Positions 32,346 through 44,615 of a DNA stretch of 64,000 bases are shown in pieces. Position 1 is the stretch's first letter, and the number at the start of each line of letters is the position of its first letter. Made by a program: the position numbers and the translations under genes. The notes beneath the pieces were generated by a model. That model was not told the origin of the DNA and searched no databases. It was given only the letters and a program-made list of their open reading frames with translations. Source of the stretch: the human T2T-CHM13v2.0 reference genome, Homo sapiens; NCBI RefSeq assembly GCF_009914755.1, contig NC_060933.1, one strand, 5' to 3'.

Positions 32346-35169
32346 ACAACAGCATGGTCAGAGAATGCAATTGGGCCTGAGGAAGAGGATCTAACACAGG
32401 CTTTAGCTGCTCCAGGCCAAGGGCTTCCCCTCCCACTAGGGCAGCTGAGGGACCCAGGACAGTGTGTCTGCTGCTTAAGACCATTCCTCAGTGTGCCTCT
32501 CCCATCAGCCCTGCCATAGCCAACTTCTTCAGCCTTGAAGAAGTTCAAGGGTCTTTTTGGCTTTTGTTAAGACAACAGAAAGATGCAGGGAAGGGAGGAG
32601 AGGGAAGTCAGCATTTATCAAGCACAGTTTGTTTTCCAGGTGCTAGGGTTAAGTTTTTTGTATGTCTTCCTTTCACTTAATCCTCACTCTAACTCAGCGA
32701 ATATCTAACGCCCATCCCTCCAGGCATAGCCCAGTTGCTCAAGGAGACAGACAGGCTGGTTAACTGGTAGAGTGTCTGCCCCAAACCACGCTCTTCACCT
32801 TCCTGCAACACACCAGGAACCCCTGCAGCTCCTCTCCTGCCACGTCTAGGGTGGACCAGGTAAGGGCCCTCACAGCTAGAGTGTGGGAGCCAAGACAGGC
32901 TCGCTTCCTGTACAGTCACAGTAGCAACTGTGATGACACCAACACACATGCAGGCTTAGCTCAGGCCAGACCCTCACTGCTAAGGAGTTGCCATTATCAT
33001 CCCTGATATGGAGGCGGGGAACCCAAAACACCAAGAGCAGTGGGTGCTTAGGAAGCCACAGAGCTGGGAGTAGAGCCCCAGCAGCCTGATCCAGAGCCCC
33101 TGTTCTTCACCACCACCCTGCCCTCCTCCAGGGAGCACAATGGGGGTCCCGGAGCCTCTTTCCATCTGTTGGATCTCGGTGAGAGGTACGAATTGATCTT
33201 GAACGAAAGCTATGGGCTCCTCACCTCTCTCTTGCAAGATTCCTAATTTTTAGGCACTCTTACTTGGTTTGATATAGCTAAAACTCTGATACCTTTCATT
33301 GTCCTTCATGATTTTACCAACCTCCTTGGTTCTAACAATTGGAGTTTAAGAGTTACTATAGAAAATGTTCTGTATTTTAATGTACAATATGATTGCTGGC
33401 CATTTATATACAATGTATAGACTTCAAAGGAACAGAGTAGGAGTGATCAAATGACTGAATTATCCAAGTATTTCTTCCACAATCCCTTTTTTGGTGTGGG
33501 GTCATTGTCTTGGTGCATGTAGACATCTGCGCGATAGAGCAACCAGGGGAGCCGCAACACTCAGCCCAGCCTAAGCCTTTGTGTACAGGATCAGGTCCTA
33601 AGAGTGACAGCCATCTCCAGGTCATATTCTTCCAAGGAAAAGTCAGTGGTACCATGAAGGGGCTGGGTAAGCATTTGGAAGCTCACCCAGAAGAGGGGGC
33701 CTCATTGGTCCACGCCTGTCCTTCTGAAGGCCCACAGTTGGACCTGGGGCCGCCCCCTCCGGGATGGCTTCGTGTTAATTATGATGCAATCCCCTGGCCA
33801 TGCAGCCTCAGCAACAATTTCGGGAGTCAGGGTCCATGCGCAAGGCCATTAACACTAAACATGTTTTAATCCATAATTGTGTGAGATTTATTTAATTTAG
33901 GGGCTTTATTTATAGTTCGATTGGAATTGTAATGTATTTTCAGCCCTCCGCACTGTGATCTGTCAATTTTTATGGCGTCTTTTAATTGTGTTCTTCCAGG
34001 CCAGGTGCAAGCAGTTTTCCAAAGCAGGCTGATCAGAGAAGGCCTCCAATTATGTGTGGGGGAGGGGAAGTGGCCTCACACAGACATGACCCTGTGCCAC
34101 CACGAAAGCAGGGACACTCATGCTGGGTCCTAGGTCTTCTGAGAGCCACCATTCACTGATTGCAGGCACGGTGACCCTCCACCCCCAGCCTAGCCTCCCA
34201 TTCCCTGCTCTGGCAGAGCTTGTATGCTAGAATGAGCTTCCAAAAATTCCTCCACTCAGTTTGTTCCTTTGTTCATTCCTTTGTCCATTTAACAAACATT
34301 TACTGCGGGTCTACACTGTGGTAGACTCTGTGTTCAGAATAATACAAAGATGAATAAGACGATGGCCCAGACTTCAGGCAACTTATGGTGCCATAGGGGA
34401 AGACAAATAAAAAATGATAGAATTTGCTAGAATTTGCTGAGCATCTATCTAGTGCCAGGCATTGAAGAATGCACTAGGGACACAAAGCTTGTGGATTTAG
34501 GGGATTTGGTCAAAGCTAATTTATCCTAGAGTAATTTGAATGACTGTAAGTTGGCCAAGACCTAGGTGCAGGAACGCAAGTTTGTTAATACGGCAATTTG
34601 ATCCAAACACCTCCAGGTCTCTCGCCATCCAAACTGAACAGCTCCTGATGATGAGAAATACTTCACTTAGTTAAACATGAGTGTGTCTTAGTCTTGTTTG
34701 AGTCTTGGTAATTTTCAAACACCATGGGAGTACTTTTGCAATTCTTTATGCATCTTTAAGCATTTTATCTGTTTTTCTAAGTTATTTTCTTCCAAATCAT
34801 ACACTGCCACAAGCAATCAGTATTGGAGTACAGCACCAGAAATTGAAGTAAAAGAAGATGAAGGAATTGAAATGAGGTTCCCCCAGCTGGGAACACACGA
34901 TGCAGAAAGGCTAATTCCAACAAAACTGGAGAATAATGTACCCCCAACTCTGTGCTAACACCGAGGCACTCAGCGAAGTCATGGGCCTTGTCCATGTGAT
35001 TCATTGAGGTATCCCGGAACCTAGAACAATGCCTGGCATGCACAAGTGATCAACAAATGTTCAATGAATAAATAATGGGTGGGGATTTAAAAAACAACAA
35101 CTGGAGACAATGCTTTACTGGTTTAAAAAATGAACGGGTTTTGTCAGGAAACAAGGGAAGAAGTCTGTA

Positions 35170-35330
35170 TTAATTGAGTCCCTACTGTGGGCCAGGCACA
35201 GAGCTAAGTGATTTAGTTCTAAGTCATTAAATCCTCACAACAGTGAGGTGAAGTATTGTCATTCCCACCTAACAGAGGACACTGAGGCTCAGGGAGCTTA
35301 TGTAGCTTGCTTAGGGTTACCAAATGTAAG
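35170..35330 (-). mobile_element. MIR SINE
   Basis: aatcctcacaacagtgaggt...actgaggctcagggag. Confidence 0.7.
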
Positions 35331-35657
35331 AGCTATAAGAAGAAAGGTGAAGGACGCCCCTGGCTAAGAGGGTGTACTTTCCTGCAGGCTTGCATAAGGC
35401 ATAATGCATCCTAATTCAGGAACAGCTAATCATGGCCAAACATTACTCCAGAAAGAATTTTAAATATTGTTAATGTGTAACTATTCAAAATGCTTTCCTT
35501 TTATAGGTTTATAGAAGAATAGTTTCAGGGCTGTAGCAGTGATATCCAGTAACATTCAATATGAAGGAGCTCTGTGAAGGCTAATTTACAGAATCATGGC
35601 TGTGCTTTTTTAACTCTTCATGTATATTTAGGCATTTTCCTGTGTTTCCAAATGAAC

Positions 35658-35723
35658 CCTGTTCCTCCTGTTCCTCCTCCTCCTCCTGTTCCTCTTCCTG
35701 TTCCTGCTCCTGTTCCTGCTCCT
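35658..35723. repeat. Low-complexity (CCTGTT/CCT)n repeat
   Basis: cctgttcctcctgttcctcctcctcctcctgttcctcttcctgttcctgctcctgttcctgctcct. Confidence 0.85.
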
Positions 35724-36659
35724 TTAGGAAAGGCTCATGCAATGGAATCTGAGGCCTGTTGGTCATTTGCAAATCTTCATGGCAGTGGGCTCAAGTCAAG
35801 GGTGAGAGAGCCATGGGCTCTGATTTGGAAATGACCAAAGCTCAAGAAGCCTACATTCCTCAACATGAGTCCTAACTGAGGCTAAAGCAACGGGACACCC
35901 CCACAGCCACAAGACCATCCACCACCCAGAGGTCCTGTAGCTGAATAAAATATCAATCCTTTGGGAGTTAAGGAGAAATATAGCACCTGCTTGGGAAAAA
36001 CTGGAGAATACAAGAAAATTCAGTGCCATTCACTAAGCACTTATTGAGGACCCCTGAGCTCCAAGCCTTAAGTAGGACGGAGGATTAGAAAAGATAGCAA
36101 CTAAGACAAGATTGTTCTCAAGAATATTACCGCAAGTGTTGCTAACACTGCTAGCCCTTTAAGGCCAGCTGGGAAAAGCACAATCAGGCAGCCATCCAGG
36201 CAAACTGGAGAAAGCACCCATTTAGACATTAGAGAGATCGCAGTTCAAATCCCCACTCCTCCCATTAATACCTAACTGACATGGAGGGAATTACCTAACT
36301 TCTCTGAGCCCAAGTCTTCTCCTCAGTGTAACTAAGCTGAAGAGTTCTGAGGTTAAGGGGTGCCTTTGAAAGAAGAGGATCTGGGTGAGAGGAGGCAATG
36401 CTGAGGGAGTCTTGCTGGAAAAAGCAGCAATGTGGCAGAGGGCCTGATACAAAGGACACAAGTCACTATTATCCTGGAAGGTTGCACGTGGAGGCAGGTG
36501 AAACCTAATCTCCAGAGATTCTCTCATCTCTAGACTCTAGAGATTCTAGAGAACCTCCCAGTTTCTGTAGAGAGTCAGGAAGCCTTTATTTTCTTAAATC
36601 CATAGGGATTGATGAGAAGATTCATGGAACAAACGAAGGGCTAGTAGTAGATAAGGCTT

Positions 36660-37650
36660 TACAGGTAGGCTGGAGCAAATTGAGAAGTTGAGTGCTGTCC
36701 TAAGGCAGTAAACTTTATCCTTGAGGAGATGAAGGTTTGAAGACAGGAAGCTGGTGCCTTAGGAGGTTCACACTGGTGGCTGGGGTCTGGGAGAGCAGTT
36801 AAGAGGCTATACTGATGGGCCCAGTGAGAACCCACAGGAGCGGGAGGGAAGGAGGAGAGGTGTTTGTCAAGTGAAGGGATACAAGTGAGAATTGTTATTA
36901 ATGGGATCTGGTGGGGAGAGAAGATGGCTTTATCACTGGAGAGTTCACTGAATTCAGAAACCCAGGAGGCAGACAAGTAGGGCTGGCAGGAAGAGGATCA
37001 GCCTAGATTTACAGCTGCCAAAACGAAAATGCTAGAAGGATGCTTGCGTGCAGGGAATATCCTGCCGGCAGCGGGAAAGGGGCACAGGGCACAAGGAGAA
37101 GCTGATGGCCAGATGTAGACGTGGGAACCAGCTTCACAAAAGTAAGGGCTGAAAATGTGTCGTTGGATACAAATCCCTAAGGGAGAAAAGGCAGGGAGAA
37201 GAGGGTCAAGGCAATACCCCGAAAGACCACTGAGAAATATAGACTTTGGGATGGAGACCAAGAAAGAGCAATCTCAAAGGAGTGAAGGGAGAAGAGTTTC
37301 AAGAATGGTGCTGTCCATGGCCAGAAACTGCGGCTGTCATGGGGTATGGAGGAGACAGCATGTGAGTAGGTGACAGCGAGGACACAGGTGACCTCTGTGA
37401 GAGTGACACAGTAATAGGTGAAGAACTGACATTGTGAGGGTTGAAGGTCAATGGTTGAAACTGCTGAAGAAGAAGCGGGAGATGACAGGAAGGGACTGGG
37501 CCTTCTAGAAGATCTGTAAGAGAGGAGAGGAAGGCCAGGTAGTGGTAGCTTGTAGAGAAAGTTTTCTTGAAGATTTGGTGTTTTCTACAGACACACAGGG
37601 GAGGGAGCAGGGGAATGAGACAGACAGGAAGACGTGAGAGAGAAAGGATT
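36660..37650 (-). mobile_element. Old L2 fragments
   Basis: Purine-rich degenerate L2 antisense motifs (gtgacctctgtgagag, agagtttcaagaa). Confidence 0.5.
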
Positions 37651-37870
37651 CATAGAAGACAAGAAGACAGGCCCAGCAGCCCTGAACAGGACCTGGAAAT
37701 GCAGAACTCCATGCAAGTCTGACTTCTGGTGCTGAAGAACATCAGCCACTAAGCAGCACAGACAGAGCCCATGCCTGTGCTGTCCTCACACCCAACATGA
37801 GGACTAAGTATTGGCTTCATCATCAGTGAGATTTCCTAAGGAGAATTTCACACCGAGGTGATCAGTTGTG

Positions 37871-38945
37871 TGTTGCGGGAAGTCAGGGACCCCGAACGGA
37901 GGGACTGGCTGGAGCTGTGGCAGAGGAACATGAATTGTGAAGATTTCATGGACATTTATCAGTTCCCAAATAATACTTTTATAATTTCTTATGCCTGTCT
38001 TTAATCTCTTAATCCTGTTATCTTCATAAGCTGAGGATATATGTCACCTCAGGACCACTGTGATAATTGTGTTAACTGTACAAATTGATTGTAAAACATG
38101 TGTGTTTGAACAATATGAAATCAGTGCACCTTGAAAAAGAACAGAATAACAGAAATTTTTAGGGAACAAGGGAAGACAACCATAAGGTCTGACTGCCTGT
38201 GGGGTCGGGCAAAAAGAGTCATATTTTTCTTCCTGCAGAGAGCCTATAAATGGACTTGCAAGTAGGAAAGATATCGCTAAATTCTTTTCCTAGCAAGGAA
38301 TATTAATATCCTGGGAAAGGAATGCATTCCTGGGGGAGGTTGATAAATGGCTGCTCTGGGAGTGTCTATCTTATGCAGTTGACATAAGGACTGAGATACG
38401 CCCTGGTCTCCTGCAGTACCCTCAGGCTTCCTAGGGTGGGGAAAAACTCTGCCCTGATAAATCTGTGGTCAGACCGGTTCTCTGCTCTCGAACCCTGTTT
38501 TCTGTTGTTTAAGATGTTTATCAAGAAAATATGTGCACCACTGAACACAGACCCTTATCAGTAGTGCTGCTTTTGCCCTTTTCATTGTCATCTTTGTTGG
38601 ACCCTTATCAGTAGTTGTGCTTTTGCCCTTTGTCCTGTTCCCTCAGAAGCATGCGATCTTTGTTAGACCCTTATTAGTAGTTCTGCTTTTTGCCCTTTGA
38701 AGCATGTGATCTTTGTACCTACTCCCTGTTGTTACACCCCCTCCCCTTTTGAAACCCTTAATAAGAAACTTGCTGGTTTGAGGCTCAGGCAGGCATCATG
38801 GTCCTACCGATATGTGATGTCACCAATGGTGGCCCAGCTGTAAAATTCCCCTCTTTATATTGTCTCTCTTTATTTCTCAGCCGGGCAACACTTACGGAAA
38901 ATAGAAAGAACCTATGTTGAAATATTGGGGCAGGTTTCCCCGATA
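37871..38945 (+). mobile_element. MER11 (MER11A-like, HERV-K11/HML-8) solo LTR
   Basis: TGTTGCGGGAAGTCAGGGACCCC...GGTTTCCCCGATA; 1075 bp; perfect 6-bp TSD GTTGTG (37865-37870, 38946-38951); internal repeats at ~38550-38700. Confidence 0.93.
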
Positions 38946-39384
38946 GTTGTGGACTCCATCAGAGGCTGTTTCAAAACTCTTTGCTGTCTCAAAAGTAAGA
39001 GTGAAAACAGGTGACTAGGTCCTCACGACACACCTGAAAGTGGGTGTAGTTGTGACAGATGTTGTGTCCCTGTGGCAAGGCCCTAAGTTTCAGATTTCCT
39101 GGGAGGTTAAGGTCACATGTTGCGTGCATGCATAGGAACCTTGCTTCTCCGCAGCCTGGGCTTTTCTGATTTGAGAAAGGACAAGGCTGCCGAGCTCCTT
39201 TTAAATACTAGGTTCTTTTTATCTAGATTTACATTGCCAGCACTGTCACGTGTGTGTGTGTGTGCATGCGTGCACGTGTGTGTGTGTATTCTAATGGTCT
39301 CCAGAATCTGACCTTGCACAGTTCTACATTTTTATTTTAAACTTTATGATTCATGATTATACGAGTACCACATAAATACATTCT

Positions 39385-39556
39385 TTTTAATTTTTATTTA
39401 TTTATTTATTTTGAGACAGGGTCTCACTCTGTCACCCAGGCTGGAGCTCTGTGGCACGATTGCACTGCAGCCTCAGATTCCCAGGCTCAAGCAATCCTCC
39501 TGCCTCAGCCTCCCAAGTAGCTGGGACTACAGGTATGTGCCACCACACCCGACTAA
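39385..39556 (-). mobile_element. Alu right-arm monomer (AluJ/FRAM-like) in an old L1M
   Basis: (TTTA)n tail; 15-bp TSD ACATAAATACATTCT / ACATAAAGACATTCT (39370-39384, 39557-39571). Confidence 0.88.
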
Positions 39557-39884
39557 ACATAAAGACATTCTCATGGTTAAAATTTTTCAAGCAAAATAGG
39601 TTTTGTCTCCAGCTCCCTATCTAATCCCATCCCTACCAAGGAAAATGTACTTACACATTCAAATATGTAATTATATTTTGTGGGAAGTTTTCCATAAAAA
39701 AATTAGATATTGATCTTTGCCTTGCTTTTTAAACTTAGCTACAGGTCTTAGAGATCTTTCCATGTCAGTATATTCAAATCTGCCAACATTATTTTGAAAC
39801 GATGCGTAACTTGTTCTATAGTATGGATGAAGCATGGTTCATTTAATAACCACCCCCTCCCCATGATGAGAATACAGGTTGCTC

Positions 39885-40312
39885 CAATTTACAAGAAAAA
39901 CAACCCCTTTAAAAAGTGGGCAAAGACATGAACAGACATTTCTCAAAATAAGACATATATGCAGCCAACAAACATATGAAAAAATGCTCAACATCACCGA
40001 TCATTAGAAAAATGCAAATCAAAACCACAATGAGAAGCCATCTCTCACTAGTCAGAATAGGTACACTAAACAGACAAAAAACAGCTGCTGGAAGTTTGCG
40101 GAGAAAAAGGAATACTTTTACACGGTTGCTGGGAGTGTAAATTATTTCAACCATTGTGGATGACCGTATGGCGATTCCTCAAAGATCTAGAGGCAGAAAT
40201 ACCATTTGACCCAGAAATCCCATTAGTGGGTATATACCCAAAGGAATATAAATCATTCTATTATAAAGATACATGCACACATATGTTCACTGCAGCGCTG
40301 TTCACAATAACA
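39885..40312 (+). mobile_element. Internal L1PA ORF2 fragment with no 3' end
   Basis: aaaaagtgggcaaagacatgaacagaca...gaaataccatttgacccag...tgttcacaata; no 3' UTR or poly(A). Confidence 0.85.
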
Positions 40313-42117
40313 TAGGAGCATGTTATGTTCTTGAGGATGGGACCACTTCTCACAACTGCAACCAAAACGGCAGCTGGAATTGGTGGCTGAGTCATCATGC
40401 TCATTGGGATTGCAGTGAAAATGGTGTGACCCCTATCATGCATCAGAGGTTGCACAAACTACCTCCCAGTCACTCTGGGATATCTTTGGGAAATTTTTAC
40501 TTACTCAGAGACCTCTGACTCAAGCCCCCACTTCCACTGTGTTGATGCTTCTTAGGGATCATTTCACCGCCTCAAGTGCACAGTCCCTTTCCTCATAGCA
40601 CTATTCACACAGGGACTCTTGATAAGGCGGATTTAAAGTAAACCCTTTTTAACAATATCTTAAGGTTTAGTGCTGTTGATAGTGGGCATCCTTGCCTATC
40701 CTTGTTCCTGGGAATTTCTCATCGCCTCCTGTCTCCCAGCCAGTTGCTCAATACTCTCCCCTTCCCACCTTTCCCTCTGTATCTTTCCATGCAAAGCAGC
40801 TGCTCCATCCCCTTGTTTTCATGTGTTCTGTATAGATGATCCCCTTTACTCTTCTTCCCACACTCACAAAAAAAAAGGCTTGGGAAATTATTTACTAAAC
40901 AAAGACTTTCCTATCCCTAAGAGGAGCTCCGATGCCAGTGATTAAGGTAACATTTTTTCACCTCTTAAACAGGTAACTACATTATCCTGTGATGCCAAGG
41001 TGGTACATGCACCCCAGGTCACACTGTAGGTACTCAAAAGATGTGTAGATTGGCCAGGCAGTGGACAAATGACATCACCCATTGAAAAGAGTGGATTGAT
41101 GGACTGATTTAAGAGTGGCGGAAAGGAAATGTGTGGAATTTCATAGGTATGTCCCATACTAAAAAGAAAAAAAGTGGATTTTTAAAAACCATTTTAGATT
41201 ACTTTTTAAATAGGAATTGCTTCTTTTGGACTAAAGTAACAAGAGGCTGGATCTCCAAATTATCTCCATGCCTTGGGTTAGCCAACACCTGGTACCACTG
41301 CCAAGTTCTGCCCTACCTTTTCTGAAAGGCCTCTAAGGCAAATTCTCTTTGGAATTCATTGGTTGACCTGCTTCTTAATGTAAGGATTCTTTTTAGTCTG
41401 TGAACCAAGTCTTAAAAACTGAACGTCATGAGCAGATGTGAATGAAATTGTGGAACCTTAAAACTTTCAAGAAAGCCAGGAAGTTGTGTTGAACTTAATT
41501 TCCTTAGGAGAAGAAAAATAATTTCATAGAAAACAGCCACAACTATGTATTTTCATTGTGTAGCTAAGAAATAGTAGATTCCTTATTTTCATTACATGTT
41601 AAAATAAAATATGTAACTACTTTTTTAGCAATAAAACCACCTAAAAACTAATTTGCTATTTGCGTGCACACACACACACAAACACACATTTTACAATGTT
41701 TTATTGTCTCAACTTGCCTTGAGTGTTTTTCACAAACCATTCTTTCCCAGCAGAAGCCTTCCCTGATCAATTTTAACATTCAGTGATTTTTTTAAGATCA
41801 ATATAAATAATCTCTAACATACACACACCAGAGATTGTGAAGAATTTGCTGATTTTGCCCCAAGGGTTCTTCTACCCACGCAAACTGTGTACTCTTATAG
41901 TGCTGTGAGGACCATAGGGCAGCCCCTGGGAGAGCCACAGGGAAACTGAGAACTTAAGGAAGGTGACTCATTTAACATTCTATATTTACATGAATGTTCT
42001 ATATGAAAATGAATTTTTTAATTGTTTGTTTTTTTTTTTTAACTTTTTGGCCAAGCATCTGAACTCTCTTTCTCTGTGTTTGGGAATTCTCCATCACATG
42101 TGTTTTGGTGAGAGCAT

Positions 42118-42500
42118 GTATCAGTCAGATAGATTGCTTTATACCCTGGTAACAAATAACCCCTGCAAATCTTAGTGGCTTGCAAAGGTTTAATTCTTGC
42201 TAATGCTGCATGCCCCTCATGGGCTCGTTGTGGCTCTGTTCCATGTCATCTTCCACTTTTGGGATTCAGGTTGATGCAATAGTCCAATCTAGAACATTGG
42301 TGTTCTTGAGGCAGAGGGAAAGTAGATGGCAGAGCACGCATTGGCTCTTAACGCTTCCACTAGCACACCACCCACAGATTTTCCTCTAATATGCTACTGG
42401 CCAAAACAAGCAACGTGGTCAAGCCTGATGGCAAAAGGGCAGGGAAGCGTAATCCTTTCCCCTCGGAGGGAAAAATGAATATTTGGGGGCAAAATTACAG
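42118..42500 (-). mobile_element. Old MLT1 (MLT1J-like) LTR
   Basis: tgtatcagtcag...gtaacaaataacccc...cttagtggctt...tggccaaaacaagc. Confidence 0.7.
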
Positions 42501-42539
42501 TTCTTGGAGGCAGAACCCTCCTTTCCACTATGGGCCTGA

Positions 42540-42908
42540 AAAGACTAGACTAGCAGGGATAGCCTAGGATTGACCAATCAGATCCACCCACTTGGACTCT
42601 CTGAATTGAGAGTTGGCATTACAAAAAAAAGCAGGAGCAGTGGAGAAGTCATTCTGGGTCTACATGGCAGCAGTGCTGGCTGCGGTATACAACATGCAGT
42701 GCCAATGACAGCAGCCAGGTCCTCACTGGGTTAGTTCTGTGATGTCATTTTGGCTGTCATTTGCCTGTTTTTCAGTCTGTCTTATTCCTGTTTGCTTTCT
42801 GTGCTTAGTAATGCAGCCTTCTTAGCAATTCTGTGAGCCACCAGTACTATCTATCTTTTCTGTCAGGGCTGTTCTCTGTTGCTTTCAACTAAGAACCTGA
42901 TTGATACG
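42540..42908 (+). mobile_element. Old MaLR/ERVL-type LTR fragment
   Basis: 3' terminus ctgttgctttcaactaagaacctgattgatac. Confidence 0.5.
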
Positions 42909-43204
42909 GCAAGGCTTCCGGCCAACCCAAACCTTTCCTAAACTCAGTTTCTGATCACCAGATGATTATTGCCCTGGGCTTCTTATCCCTACACAAATTA
43001 AGAACATATCTGCCCAATTTGCACTAAAAGCTATCAGATAGGAAAGCCTGGGAGGTTCCCAATTCAGCATGGGTTCCCTGCCCTCATAGATTGAGAGGTA
43101 CTGGGTATTTTTTGAAAGACAATAAATGTGAGAAGGGCCTTGTTAGTAGTTGGAGGCCTTAGTAATCTTGAATCAGGAAGTATAATATTACAGCAAGGTT
43201 TCAT

Positions 43205-43428
43205 TAGGGTAACTATATGTTCTGATTTGTTCAGGACAGTTCCTAATTACTACTATTTTGGAACTGTTAATGCCAGTCAATTAATTTTAGTGCCTCCCTT
43301 TCACCTTAGACAATAAATTATATATAACATATAATAAATTTTATATATATCATAACTTTTATGTATAATATATCATAAATTATATGTGTGTGTGTAGATA
43401 GATAGATAGATAGATAGATAAAACCCTG
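43205..43428 (+). mobile_element. MER94-like hAT-Blackjack MITE containing a TA/TG/(GATA)n microsatellite
   Basis: tagggtaactatatg...ggacagt...ccctttcac...gacaataaattatat[microsatellite]aaccctg. Confidence 0.6.
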
Positions 43429-44016
43429 ACTGGTCTACTTCAAGCAGTCCCTTGCCATGTTACACGTATTTTTGTTTATTTCTCAACTATATTGGAAACT
43501 TTTAAATTTCATCCTGAGCCACACCCATAGGAAATCAGCAGGTGTGCTTGTTAATTATTAAGGGTATAAGATTCATAAATGGGGGAAGTATGAAAGGTGA
43601 AAAGATCAGGATCTCTCTCAGATAAACAGATCTCGGTTCAACTTCCAGTTTTAATGGTCTCTGTTATTTCCTGGGGCCTCAAATCTTCTGAACTTTAAAG
43701 CGAGAACAATCATGCTTATTTACAGGTGTTGTGGGGCTTAAATGAGGAAACGTGGGTAAAGTGCTTAACATAGAACCATGTGCACAGTACAGACTCGCAA
43801 ATAATGCCCTTCCCTCCACAATTTGATCACTGTGAATATTCTGCAGTTCCTATGGCCACCAGGTAGCTGGCCATCCCTGGGCACTTCTCTGTCCTTTGGA
43901 TATTTGTAGGAGAAACATGATTCTCCCTAACTGTAGGGCTGGATTGAGAGTCAGAATTTAGGTGAGTCACATAGTAGCATTCCTCACATTCTCTATCATG
44001 ATTAAGTCTTTTCTCT

Positions 44017-44020
<4 letters not shown>

Positions 44021-44054
<34 letters not shown>
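44021..44054. repeat. (AC)n microsatellite
   Basis: Perfect dinucleotide run. Confidence 0.95.
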
Positions 44055-44056
<2 letters not shown>

Positions 44057-44205
44057 TTCTACCACGGCCCTTCTTCCCAATCCAACACAAGGTTCATTCT
44101 TTTAGACAGGTAACTTCGTAATAAAATTCCCACACATTCTCATCAGAGCAGCTGGACGGACCGGCACCATTATCTACCTCTCTCGGTACACATAGCTTGT
44201 GTCTC

Positions 44206-44615
44206 GGTCTCAGTCCATTTTGTGCTCCTATAAAAGAATATCACAGACTTGATAATTTATAAAGAACAAAAAATTATTTCTCACGTTCTGGAGACTGAGA
44301 CGTCCATGATCGAGGCGCCAGTGGCTTCGGTGTATGGTGAGAGCCGCTGTTTCCAGGATGGTGCATTGATACTGTATTGTCTGGAGGGAAGGCACGGCGT
44401 CCACCCCCATGGCTGAAGGTGGAAGGGCAAGAGGGTCAAATGCTGCACGAAGCCTCTTTTGTAAGGGCTTTAATCACATTCATTTGTGAAGCCTCGTTTA
44501 TAAGGACTTTTCGTGACCTAATTACCTCTTATAGGCCCCACCTGTTAATGTGATTACATTGGCCATTAAGTTGCAACACCTGAATTTTAGAGGGGATGTA
44601 TTCAAAACCATAGCA
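44206..44615 (-). mobile_element. MST (MSTC/D-like) MaLR solo LTR
   Basis: gtctcagtccattttgtgct...caaaaccatagca; perfect 5-bp TSD GTCTC (44201-44205, 44616-44620). Confidence 0.85.

Noticed and set aside
35574-35834. Pro-rich and Glu/Gln-rich ORFs
   Set aside because: Translations of a simple (CCTGTT)n repeat.
36527-36545. Palindrome ATCTCTAGA-C-TCTAGAGAT
   Set aside because: Short, isolated and among old SINE/LINE debris; no functional context.
43841-43870. CTCF-like site CTGCAGTTCC-tatgg-CCACCAGGTAGCTG
   Set aside because: The core mismatches the conserved GG position, and the spacing to the upstream module looks too short compared with the recalled extended motif; not supportable without ChIP data.
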